From Myxococcales bacterium (GTDB lineage Bacteria; Myxococcota_A; Polyangia; Palsa-1104): 64,000 bases of DNA. Below the pieces are notes generated by a model. It saw only the letters and a list, made by a program, of their open reading frames with translations. It did not search any database and was not told where the DNA came from. The stretch covers positions 1,963 to 65,962 of the forward strand of contig JAQBQH010000073.1 of the NCBI GenBank assembly GCA_028287105.1, written 5' to 3'. How positions within the stretch are numbered: position 1 is the first letter of the stretch; the number at the start of each line of letters is the position of its first letter. Made by a program: the position numbers and the translations under genes. Below are positions 1 through 8,409 of this stretch, in pieces.

Positions 1-2
1 TC

Positions 3-284
3 GCGCATCTGTTCAGCCGCTTCTACCATGCGACCGGCGACGCGGGCTTCGCCGAAGTGGCCCGCTTCTGGTATGGGCGTGCGTTGCGGTTCCGAATACC
101 GGGCAGCGGCCTGGCCGGCTTCCTCGCGCGCAACCCAACGCCTGACGGCGCAATGGCGTGGGTGCCGTCGTCTGGCTTCCTGACTGGAGTGGTCGGCATC
201 GGGCTCGGCCTGATCTCTGGCATCGCCCCAATCCTACCGGAATGGGATCGGGTACTGCTCTGCGCAATTCCGGCGCGGTCGTAG
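3..284 (+). CDS. C-terminal part of a LanC-like (lanthionine synthetase C family) protein; 5' end outside window
   Basis: Frame from position 3 reads AHLFSRFYHATGDAGFAEVARFWYGRAL...GFLTGVVGIGLGLISG...PEWDRVLL, matching the LanC C-terminal pattern (after CHG: HLFxRxYxATG; GxLxGxxGIxL; WDxxLL). Confidence 0.7.
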   Translation, partial: AHLFSRFYHATGDAGFAEVARFWYGRALRFRIPGSGLAGFLARNPTPDGAMAWVPSSGFLTGVVGIGLGLISGIAPILPEWDRVLLCAIPARS

Positions 285-295
285 AACGGTCAGCC

Positions 296-657
296 TCAGA
301 ACAACACGCCGCGCGCCGCCGCCTGCGGTAGAACTCGGTCGCGACATTGTCGTCTCCGAACACGAGCTGCGCGGTGCCTTTGGCGTGCGCGACCGCGGCC
401 GGATCCCGCCACGCGAGTCGCTCCGCAAGAGCGCTGCAGAAGCGCGCGTGCCCGGCGGCGAGGCGCAGAGTCAACTCGGCGTCGATCGCTCCCATCACGC
501 CGAGTGCAGCTGCAAGCCCGATAGATTCCGTCTCGTACGTTCCTGAGATGTGCCTGCGCCTCTCGGCGGCCATCAGCTCGGTGCGTCCTCGGAGTGCCGC
601 GATCGCGAAGCCGTTGCCGAGTGCCTTGCCGACGGTGGTGAGATCGGGCGTGAGACC
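296..657 (-). pseudogene. Fragment of a class III PLP-dependent aminotransferase (GSA-mutase-like), frameshifted
   Basis: Minus strand reads GLTPDLTTVGKALGNGFAIAALRGRTELM...HISGTY (PLP-lysine motif PDxxxxGKxLGNG). The tail AAARGVLF* is in a different frame and no intact N-terminus is present. Confidence 0.6.
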
Positions 658-932
658 AGATCCCTCGCGACGTCTACGGCTTTGTTGGCGACTGTCGAGA
701 AAAGTTCAAAAGCGACCCGAAGCTCGGCTCCAGATACGAGCGTCTCGGCGCCTATCTCGACAAGCGTCGATACCTCTGGACGGACGTTCTCTAGCCCGCC
801 GCCATGAGCGCACTGCGCGCTTTCGGTGCGTGAGAACGGCGTTAACAGCGCGGCGGAACTTTCGCCATCGCGGGCGCTCCGCACGACGGCACGGGTGTCA
901 GCGATGGCGACGTCATTCGGCCCTGCTCGCAG

Positions 933-1068
933 GATCATTTCGAGTGCCGTCGGAAACCGAAGCATGACCAGCGGTTCCGTCGGTCAGGCACTCGAAATGA
1001 TCAATTCTCCCGTCTGAGCTGTCTTCATACGCGTAAGGTTCTCAGTTCGATTCTGAGAGGAGCCACCA
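933..1068 (+). repeat. att-like element copy 1: 70-bp inverted repeat (933-1002) + tRNA(CAT) 3' fragment (1025-1068)
   Basis: GATCATTTCGAGTGCC...GGCACTCGAAATGATC is a perfect 16-bp IR. It is followed by TCATAC GCGTA AGGTT CTCAG TTCGATT CTGAG AGGAGCC A CCA (anticodon loop, 3' anticodon stem, variable loop, T-arm, acceptor strand, CCA). No 5' tRNA half upstream. Confidence 0.9.
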
Positions 1069-1093
1069 GTACTCGGTAGATCGGTTTCCGTTC

Positions 1094-1117
1094 GGCATAC
1101 GAAACGGCACTCGAAAT
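1094..1117 (+). other. Tandem 12-bp direct repeat, putative recombinase arm-type sites
   Basis: GGCATACGAAAC GGCACTCGAAAT; the second unit is identical to the first 12 bp of the right IR arm (987-998). Lies 25 bp after the CCA. Confidence 0.55.
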
Positions 1118-1192
1118 CATCACGGTCCGGCATTGTCACGCAGTCCGAAAAATCTGCGCTCGCCGTCCGGGCACGACGGCATAATCGCCGTC

Positions 1193-3427
1193 ATGCGTTC
1201 TCCAATGGTCGCCTTCACGATCGCGACCTTGTTCTGGCTCGGCTGCTCGCACCACGACATCGAATCGCACGACGCGTCCGACCTGGCCGCCATCCCCGAC
1301 GACGGCGGCGCCGATGTCGATTTCGGCAATGCTGACCTGGCGACGCCTCGCCAGTTGTCGTTCTCGCTGCGCGCAGCGCGCAGCTGGCCGATGGAGGGCA
1401 ACGCGGCCTGCGTTCGCCTCGGTGACCTCGACGGTGACGGGAAGATCGACATCGTCCTCGCGAACTACCAGTCGCGCGTCACGGTGCTGCACAACGAAGG
1501 CGGCGGCAAGTTCGCCAAGCCGGTGCACTACACCGTATCGTCGGGTACGCAAGCGGTCGCGCTCGGCGACTTCAACCACGACGGCAAGCTCGACGTCGTC
1601 GCCTCGGGTTTCGGCGGACCGACCAACCTGGTGAGCGTGCTCCTCAACAAGGGTGACGGCACGCTCGACGCGGCCGTCGACTACGCCATCGGCGACAACG
1701 GCGCCAATCCGTACGCGCTCGTCACCGGCGACCTCGACGGCAACGGCAGCGTCGACATCGCTGTCGCCAACCAGAGCGCCGGCAACCTCGGAATCCTCCT
1801 CAACAAGGGCGACGGCACGTTCGGCACCGCCACCAACGTCGCCGCCGGCGCGAGCCCTTCGGACATCGCGGCCGGTGACGTCGACGGCGACGGCAATATC
1901 GATCTCGCAGTGGCCAACGATGGCGATGGCACTGTCAGCGTCTTCCTCAACAGCGGCGGCGGCTCGTTCGCGCCGGCGGTGAATTACGCCGCAGCCGCCG
2001 GTCCCTCCGGCGTGGCGCTCGCCGACGTCGATGGGGACGGCGCGCTCGATCTCGTCACCGCCAACGACAGCGGCAGCGTCAGCGTCTTGCACAACCAGGG
2101 CAACGGCACCTTCGCCGCCGCGGCGACCCAGATGGTGCCAGGCGGGCACACGGCGCTCGCGGTCGGCAACGTCGTCGGTGACGCGCGCCCAGACGTCGTC
2201 GCCGTCGGGCCAGGCGGCGCCGCCGTGCTCGAGCGAGGCGCCATGGCGTTCGGCGTCGCCCTCGAGGCTGCGGGCGCGTCGCCGCGATCGGTCGCGCTCG
2301 CTGACCTCGACGGAGATGGCAAGCTCGACGCCGCCGTAGCCAACTACGACAGCTCGGACGTGAGCGTCTTCTTGTCCGACGGGCTCCGGCTCGTCGGAGC
2401 GGCCCAGGAGAGCTGGACCATCCCGGCCGGCGGCGCCCCGTTCGGCGTGGCGCTGCTCGACGTCGACGGCGATGGCTACCTCGATCTCGCTGCGCCCGAC
2501 GAAGGCAACGGCGCAGTGCTCGTCATGCACAACAAGGGCGACGGCACGTTCGACACGCCGCAGAGCTTCGCGGTCGGCTCGGCTCCGATCTCGATCACCG
2601 CCGGCGACGTCACCGGCGACGGCAAACCGGATCTGATCGTCGGCAGCGACGCCGCCGTGCGCGCCTACGTCCTCGTCAACGACGGCCACGGAGGCTTCAC
2701 CGCGGCGACCGCCTATCGCGGAGAGGCGTGCGCGATCCGCATCGACGACCTCAACGGCGACAAGCTCAACGACTTCGTCGTCGCCGACTGCCACACCGGC
2801 GGCGTCAGCGTCTACCTCAGCCTCGGTGGCGGCGCGTTCCAACCCGAGCGCTACTACTCGACGGCGAGCTCGCCGCAGACGATGGCCCTCGGCGACGTCG
2901 ACGGCGACGGCAAGCCGGACGTGGTCGTGGCGACGTACGAGCTGCTCGGCGGCCCGAGCCAGGTCGCCGTGCTGCACAACAACGGCGACGGCACGTTCGG
3001 CGCGCCGACTGCCTACGCGACCGGCAAGGATCCAGTCGCGATCGTCGTCGTCGACCTCGACGGCGATGGCTGGCGCGACATCGCGACCGTCGATCTCGTC
3101 AACGGTTACGACGATTCGCTGAGCCTGGTCATGAACAAGGGCGACGGCACGTTCGCGGCGCCGGTCAGCATTTCCGGGCTGGCCTCGCCAAAGGCGCTCG
3201 CGGCGGCGGATTTCGTCGGAGACGGTCGCATCGATCTCGCGGCGACGCGCTCTGGTGGGATCGACATCCTGCTCAACGCGGGCAAGGGAGCGTTCGCGCC
3301 CGCCGTGTCCTATAGCGCGGGCAAGTCGAACGCGATCGCGATCGGGGACGTCGACGGCGACCACCTTGCCGACCTGGTCGCCGCGAACTCTATCAGCGCC
3401 GCTCTGCTCCGCAACACGAGCCACTAG
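1193..3427 (+). CDS. FG-GAP/VCBS repeat lipoprotein (beta-propeller, integrin-like)
   Basis: Lipobox-like FWLGC; about 13-14 repeats of GDLDGDGKxD(I/L)(V/A)VAN...VSVLLNKGDGTF. Confidence 0.9.
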   Translation: MRSPMVAFTIATLFWLGCSHHDIESHDASDLAAIPDDGGADVDFGNADLATPRQLSFSLRAARSWPMEGNAACVRLGDLDGDGKIDIVLANYQSRVTVLHNEGGGKFAKPVHYTVSSGTQAVALGDFNHDGKLDVVASGFGGPTNLVSVLLNKGDGTLDAAVDYAIGDNGANPYALVTGDLDGNGSVDIAVANQSAGNLGILLNKGDGTFGTATNVAAGASPSDIAAGDVDGDGNIDLAVANDGDGTVSVFLNSGGGSFAPAVNYAAAAGPSGVALADVDGDGALDLVTANDSGSVSVLHNQGNGTFAAAATQMVPGGHTALAVGNVVGDARPDVVAVGPGGAAVLERGAMAFGVALEAAGASPRSVALADLDGDGKLDAAVANYDSSDVSVFLSDGLRLVGAAQESWTIPAGGAPFGVALLDVDGDGYLDLAAPDEGNGAVLVMHNKGDGTFDTPQSFAVGSAPISITAGDVTGDGKPDLIVGSDAAVRAYVLVNDGHGGFTAATAYRGEACAIRIDDLNGDKLNDFVVADCHTGGVSVYLSLGGGAFQPERYYSTASSPQTMALGDVDGDGKPDVVVATYELLGGPSQVAVLHNNGDGTFGAPTAYATGKDPVAIVVVDLDGDGWRDIATVDLVNGYDDSLSLVMNKGDGTFAAPVSISGLASPKALAAADFVGDGRIDLAATRSGGIDILLNAGKGAFAPAVSYSAGKSNAIAIGDVDGDHLADLVAANSISAALLRNTSH

Positions 3428-3459
3428 ACGTCGCGCGGCGCGTGCTACGGTCGTCGACC

Positions 3460-4494
3460 ATGGTGGCCACTAGACGCCTCGACTGCATCGCGCTGACGCT
3501 GCTTGCCCTCGCCGGCCCCGCGGCCGCGGACCCGCCGCAGCGGCCGGACGCGCGCGGCAAGGGCGTGGTCAAGGAGCGGCTCTTTCACTCGGACGCGCTC
3601 GGCGTCGACAAGCGCTATCAGGTCTATCTGCCTGCCGGCTACGATCAATCGAACACGCGATACCCGGTCATCTACCTCTTGCACGGGCTCGGTGGCGACG
3701 AGACGAACTGGGCAAAACAGGGCGCGCTCGCCGAGACCGCCGACGCGATGGCGCTCGCCGCCGTCGTGGTCATGCCCGACGGGGACGACGGCTGGTACGC
3801 GAACTGGGCCTCGCCCAAGATGGATTACGAAACGTGCCTCAAAGGGAGCCGCGGCTTCGGTTTCGAGACGGACATGCACACCTACTGCGTCAAGACGGCA
3901 AACTACGAGGACTACATCGTCAAGGATCTCGTGGCGCACGTCGACGCGACCTATCGAACGGTCCCCGAGCGGCGCGCGCGCGCGATCGGCGGGCTGTCGA
4001 TGGGCGGCTACGGCGCGCTGGCTCTCGGCCTCCGGCATGGCGATCTGTTCGCGGCGGTCTTCTCGCACTCGGGCGTCGATTCGCTGTTCTACAAGGGGCC
4101 GCACCCGTACGACGCGACGAAGGTGGAGATTGTCGACAACGCGTCCGTGCCGGCGCACTGGGGCGAGAACACCGGGGCGATTGGCGCCCTGGTGCGGACG
4201 GTCTTCGGCGCCGACCTCGCGAACTGGGAGGCGCACGATCCGGCGACGCTGGCGGCGAAGCTTCACGACGGCGACGTAGCGCTCTATCTCGACGTCGGCA
4301 CCGAGGACGACTTCGGCCTCGACGCGCAGGCGCATCACCTCGACTCGGTGCTCACCAAGGCCGGCGTGACGCACACGTTCTTCGCCGGCCCGGGACGGCA
4401 CAGCTTCTCGTTCTGGCGCGATCGTCTCGACGACAGCCTCGGCTTCTGCGCGGCGACGTTCAAGGGTGGTGCGCGGTCGCGCGTCAAGCGCTGA
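3460..4494 (+). CDS. Secreted alpha/beta-hydrolase (esterase family)
   Basis: Signal peptide; VYLPAGY, YPVIYLLHGLGG, nucleophile elbow GLSMGG, D(VGTEDD), catalytic His in PGRHSFSFW. Confidence 0.9.
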   Translation: MVATRRLDCIALTLLALAGPAAADPPQRPDARGKGVVKERLFHSDALGVDKRYQVYLPAGYDQSNTRYPVIYLLHGLGGDETNWAKQGALAETADAMALAAVVVMPDGDDGWYANWASPKMDYETCLKGSRGFGFETDMHTYCVKTANYEDYIVKDLVAHVDATYRTVPERRARAIGGLSMGGYGALALGLRHGDLFAAVFSHSGVDSLFYKGPHPYDATKVEIVDNASVPAHWGENTGAIGALVRTVFGADLANWEAHDPATLAAKLHDGDVALYLDVGTEDDFGLDAQAHHLDSVLTKAGVTHTFFAGPGRHSFSFWRDRLDDSLGFCAATFKGGARSRVKR

Positions 4495-4509
4495 GCGTAC
4501 GCGCGGCGA

Positions 4510-6231
4510 CTACTTGAAGCGGTTGACCTGGCCGCTGAAGCCGACCAGCAGCGCCTCGCCATCCTTACCGACCCAGACCCCGACCATCGCCTGATTATTG
4601 GCGATGGGGCGCGAGGTCCAGGTGCCGCTGCCGTCTGAGTGAAGCACCTGGTTGCCGAGCGCGCCGACGGCGTAGAGGTCGAGCGTGGAGCCGCCCGGCA
4701 CGACGCGCCCGGCGACCGCGACCAGGTTGGACGTGACGCCGCCGGCCGTCTCGTGGCCGCAGCTCCAGGCGGTGCCCGTGGCGGTGCAGTGAAAGATGCC
4801 GACCGTGCCGGCGCCGGCATCGCCGACGACCCAGACGTTGTTGGCGTCGGACATCCAGCAGCCGCGGAGCGAGCCGGTGAAGGCGCCGAAGGGGTTGGGC
4901 ACCACGCTCAGCATGGCGCCGGTGGCGTCGGTGGCGAACAGCTGCGCATTGTCGGCCGCCCCGGGGCTGTCGCCACCGACGGCGACGACGCGCATGCCGG
5001 CGCCACAGACGGCGTTGAACGCGTGCGCTGCCGCCGCCGCGAGGACGTTGCTCCAGGTGCCGGCGGCGCTGCGCACGCCGACGGTCTTGCTGCTCAGTGT
5101 GGCGTACACGACGCTGCTGTCGCGCGCCCACAGGCCGGTGACGTTGCCGGTCAACGGCGAGTTGGGCAGCGTCTCCGCGGTCCAGCTCTGGCTGCCGTTG
5201 CTGAACGAGATGATCCCGTTCTGGCCACCGACCCAGATGTGCTGCGCATCGCTGCCGGTGACCGCGTACGTGACGGTGCCGAGCGGGTTGGTGCCCTGGA
5301 CCCATCGCTGCCAGTTGCCGCTGGCGTCGCCACGAAATACGGGGGGCGCGGTAGTGTCGTTGGCGGCGACGTAATAGTCGCCCGTGCCGGTGCCCCACAC
5401 GGCGTTGAGGCTCGGCGGCGGCGTCTGATTCATGTTGATGAACTCGCCCGACCAGGCCGGCATGCCGACGCCGGTGAACCTCAAGCTGGCGGTCTCGCCG
5501 TCGTTGAACTGCGCATCGAGCGTCATCATCAGACTGCCGCTCTTGTCGGGGACGAACTGGAATGAGAGCAAGCAGCTGGCGCCGGCCGCGAGCGAGATCG
5601 TGGCGCCCATTCCGTTGCCGGCGTCGAGGGCGAAGCAGGTGGTCATGCCCTCGAGCTGCCAGGCGTTGCCGTCGCCGGTCGGCATGGGCATGTTGGTGAG
5701 GTTGACGGTCTGCGTGGTGTTGTTGGTCAGCTTGACCGCGTGGATCTGGCCGAGCGAGCCGCGCGCGGTCTGCCCGAAGTCGGTGCTGCTCGGGTAGAAG
5801 CTGACCACGCCGGCGGGCGGCCCGTCGCTGCCGCCGCCGTTGGCCATGTCGAGATCGCCGCCACCAACGATGGCGCTGTCGAGGTGGAAGGTGAAGCTGG
5901 AGTGGCCGCCGCCGGTCAGCGGCACCGACTGCACGCCGCTCGTTGCGCGCACCGCGCCACCGGCGAGCCCGTCGACGGTGATCTGCGCGGGCGAGGTGAT
6001 GCCCTGCGGCAGCGCCAGCGCCACGCGCACCGGCAGGGTGATCGTGCCGCCCGGCGTCGAGCTCATCGGCGCCGGCTGCCCGGCGACGGTGATGCGCAAC
6101 GAGTCGATCCCCGTGACGTTGCCCTCGACGCGGGCGCTGACGCAGGTGCCGCCGACGCCGGCGCAGGGATCGGCCGCGGCGCAGCCGGTCAACACGACGG
6201 CGGCCAGGAGCGTGCCAGCGATGGCGCGCAT
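4510..6231 (-). CDS. Lipoprotein with Ig-like domain and C-terminal BNR-type beta-propeller repeats
   Basis: Lipobox LTGC; Ig-like segment (DFGQ...VKLTN...LAAGASCLLSFQFVP); repeats of LNAVWG..., HIWVGG, VWVVGD, LYAVG. Confidence 0.75.
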   Translation of the reverse strand: MRAIAGTLLAAVVLTGCAAADPCAGVGGTCVSARVEGNVTGIDSLRITVAGQPAPMSSTPGGTITLPVRVALALPQGITSPAQITVDGLAGGAVRATSGVQSVPLTGGGHSSFTFHLDSAIVGGGDLDMANGGGSDGPPAGVVSFYPSSTDFGQTARGSLGQIHAVKLTNNTTQTVNLTNMPMPTGDGNAWQLEGMTTCFALDAGNGMGATISLAAGASCLLSFQFVPDKSGSLMMTLDAQFNDGETASLRFTGVGMPAWSGEFINMNQTPPPSLNAVWGTGTGDYYVAANDTTAPPVFRGDASGNWQRWVQGTNPLGTVTYAVTGSDAQHIWVGGQNGIISFSNGSQSWTAETLPNSPLTGNVTGLWARDSSVVYATLSSKTVGVRSAAGTWSNVLAAAAAHAFNAVCGAGMRVVAVGGDSPGAADNAQLFATDATGAMLSVVPNPFGAFTGSLRGCWMSDANNVWVVGDAGAGTVGIFHCTATGTAWSCGHETAGGVTSNLVAVAGRVVPGGSTLDLYAVGALGNQVLHSDGSGTWTSRPIANNQAMVGVWVGKDGEALLVGFSGQVNRFK

Positions 6232-6995
6232 TAGAAGCGCACCATCGGCAGGGTCTTGGTGGAATCGGCGCTGGTCGCCAGCACCACGCCGACGACGACA
6301 CCGGCGATCACCACCGCGCCGACGCCGCCGATGACGCCCCAGAACCAGCCGCGCCGGGTGATCGGCTTGCGGCTCGGAGCCGAGGCGGTCAGGTCACCGC
6401 GCATGCTGCCGGCGGCCGTGGCCGTGGCCGTGGCACTGGGCGCCGGCGTCGTCGCTGCGGTCGGCGTCGCCGTCGGCGGGTTCGTGGCCGGCGCCGTCGT
6501 TGCCACCGTCGGCGTCGCCGCGGCGGGCGGCGTCGTCACGGCCGGCTTGGGCTCACGCGGCGGCGTCGCGCTGTCGCCGGGTCGCGCGCGGCTGGGGTCG
6601 GCCTCGATGGTGCCGACCGGCGGCTGGCTGGCCGTCTTGGACTGCTGGTCGATCAGCTTGTTGAGCTGCGCGATGTGGCGCTCGACCTCGGCGCGGTTGC
6701 TCGCCTTCGGCTCCATGCGCAGGTACTTTTGGTAGAAGCCGAGCGCCTTCTCCGGCCGCTTCGACTGGCGGTAAGCCTGCGCGATGTTGTAGAGGAACTG
6801 CGGCACCGGCTTGATGAGGAAGCCGGCCTGCCACTCCTCGATCGCCTTGTCCCACTCCTCGAGCTGGAAGTGGGCCATGCCGGTCTCGTAGTGCAGCTTG
6901 GCCTGCTGGGCGCGATCGTCGACGGGGGCCGGCGTTTGCGCCCACGCGGGACTGACCACCAACATGAGGCAGACCAGAGCGGATACACGAGTCAT
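6231..6995 (-). CDS. Secreted tetratricopeptide-repeat protein with Pro/Thr linker and C-terminal hydrophobic segment
   Basis: Signal peptide; AKLHYETGMAHFQLEEWDKAIEEWQAGF...FLYNIAQAYR TPR; RRGWFWGVIGGVGAVVIAG helix. Stop overlaps the start of the downstream lipoprotein. Confidence 0.85.
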   Translation of the reverse strand: MTRVSALVCLMLVVSPAWAQTPAPVDDRAQQAKLHYETGMAHFQLEEWDKAIEEWQAGFLIKPVPQFLYNIAQAYRQSKRPEKALGFYQKYLRMEPKASNRAEVERHIAQLNKLIDQQSKTASQPPVGTIEADPSRARPGDSATPPREPKPAVTTPPAAATPTVATTAPATNPPTATPTAATTPAPSATATATAAGSMRGDLTASAPSRKPITRRGWFWGVIGGVGAVVIAGVVVGVVLATSADSTKTLPMVRF

Positions 6996-7334
6996 CGTCT
7001 GGCATTTTATGCCACCCTGACGAGCACGTAAAGTGTTTGCGCAGTCGGTGCGCGCCGCCGTCGCTCACGCCAGCCGGCAGGCGTCCACCTCGCGTTCAAC
7101 AGCCCTGAGGGGTCACCGAGCGAGTCTCGAGTCGCCCCAGCGCTCCGATGCCCGCGAAGCCCGAAGGCAGCCCGCACAAGTAGCGGCCTCTAGCGACACT
7201 CGCACCCCGATGATCGACCTTGTCGCTGTTCGCGCCCTGCGCAGCGCACCTCGATGCCCCCCGGAAGCTTCGTCGCTTCGCCGCGCCGCGAACCACAAAG
7301 GCGACTCGATCAATTCTTGCGAGCGGATTCTTTA

Positions 7335-7469
7335 GATCGCTTCGAGTGCCGCCGGAAACTGAAGCATGACCAGCGGTTCCGTCGTTCAGGCACACGAAAC
7401 GATCAATTCCTCGTCGACGGTGCGCTCATACGCGTAAGGTTCTCAGTTCGATTCTGAGAGGAGCCACCA
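7335..7469 (+). repeat. att-like element copy 2: inverted repeat (7335-7404) + tRNA(CAT) 3' fragment (7426-7469)
   Basis: GATCGCTTCGAGTGCC...GGCACACGAAACGATC; the 44-nt tRNA fragment is identical to copy 1. Confidence 0.9.
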
Positions 7470-7494
7470 GTAGTTACGAGGCTCGAAGTTCCAA

Positions 7495-7519
7495 AGAACA
7501 AGGAATGGAACAAGGAAAT
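7495..7519 (+). other. Tandem 12-bp-period direct repeat, putative diverged arm-type sites
   Basis: AGAACAAGGAAT GGAACAAGGAAAT, 25 bp after the CCA of copy 2; same offset and period as at copy 1. Confidence 0.45.
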
Positions 7520-7569
7520 GGCGCCACCTCGGACGGTGATACCGCACCGGCTCGGATGGCGCCGCTCCA

Positions 7570-7836
7570 CTAGCCGGCCGAAGGGGGCGCGTCGCCGCCG
7601 CCTGGGGCCTTGGCTTCCTTGGAGCCGACGACGATAAGGTTCATGCCCACCTGCACCGAAACGTTCTTGCCGTCGACAGTGAGCTGGGCCTTGCCATTGA
7701 CGTACCAGCCGAAGCTGCCGGTAGAGAACTCGCGCGGCTCGGCGACCATGGGAAACCCGCCCACGTCGATCTTGAGCGGCTCCGCCTTGGCGAGGAAGTC
7801 GGCGCGTGAAATGGGACATATCGTCTTGGGCGGCAT
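7570..7836 (-). CDS. Small hypothetical beta-rich protein (88 aa)
   Basis: MPPKTICPISRADFLAKAEPL...REFSTGSFGWYVNGK...VQVGMNLIVVGSKE; host-like codon usage, -10-like TATACG just upstream. Confidence 0.75.
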   Translation of the reverse strand: MPPKTICPISRADFLAKAEPLKIDVGGFPMVAEPREFSTGSFGWYVNGKAQLTVDGKNVSVQVGMNLIVVGSKEAKAPGGGDAPPSAG

Positions 7837-8068
7837 ACCCGGCGTATAGCACAAACTGAAGGTGGGACGGACGACGGACCATTGATCTGACAGCCAGCGC
7901 GTAGACGGCGCATATTCGGTCGAAGCACGCTGCGTTGAAGTCCTTGATGTTCAACCTGCGCTTCATCAAATGGGCGTCGTACGTCGGCTTGGTGTTCGGG
8001 CGGTGAATGAGCGGTCAGCCGGTCGAGGAGTCGTGGTCAATACTGCAGGGCGATAAGGCCGGCAGCCC

Positions 8069-8167
8069 GAGGATGGGAACCACCGCGTCACGGCAGCGCG
8101 TATCCGCGGCGAGAAGACGATCCGAGGGTACGTGCCGATAAAAACGAAGCGCAGCTCGACTCGATGA
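8069..8167 (+). pseudogene. Possible ParB/Srx-like domain remnant
   Basis: EDGNHRVTAARIRGEKTIRGYV resembles the ParB-N DGxHRxxAA..G...I motif; in-frame stop upstream and no start codon. Confidence 0.4.
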
Positions 8168-8190
8168 TATCGGACGTGACTGACAGCTGA

Positions 8191-8409
8191 CGATGCTACT
8201 CCGATGTCACCGCGACGAAGAAGCGCGATGAGCGTCGCTTCGAGCTGCGCACCGACGTCAGGCACGACTTCTGCGACTCGAACATCGACACTTGCAAGTC
8301 GCGCAAAGCGGAGCAGAAGCGCCTTGGTGAACATGGACCGCATCGGGCGCGAATCGCCGAGGAAGAGGCGCTCTTGCGGAGCATTGTGAAGCGTCTAGGA
8401 GGATCGTGA
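8191..8409 (+). pseudogene. Start-less ORF tail, candidate orphan polymorphic-toxin C-terminus
   Basis: ...KSRKAEQKRLGEHGPHRARIAEEEALLRSIVKRLGGS*; its TGA overlaps the next ATG (TGATG), as in toxin-immunity pairs. Confidence 0.4.

Noticed and set aside
990..1068. Intact tRNA-Met/Ile2 gene at any of the three copies
   Set aside because: The sequence upstream of the anticodon loop has no GGCTCCT acceptor 5' strand or D-arm; only the 3' 44 nt are tRNA-like.
1136..3424. Long antisense and alternate-frame ORFs (e.g. 1136-3424 -, 12985-15522 +, 24788-26560 +, 35966-38086 -)
   Set aside because: Shadow ORFs expected from high-GC codon bias opposite well-supported genes; no protein motifs.
3420..3476. 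11-bp direct repeat GCCACTAGACG around the FG-GAP/esterase junction
   Set aside because: Only 46 bp apart with nothing mobile between; cannot be distinguished from chance or a small local duplication.
7040..7334. Short ORFs between the TPR gene and att copy 2 as an integrase or excisionase remnant
   Set aside because: No tyrosine-recombinase (R, HxxR, Y) or HTH motif recognisable in the frames examined; left unannotated.
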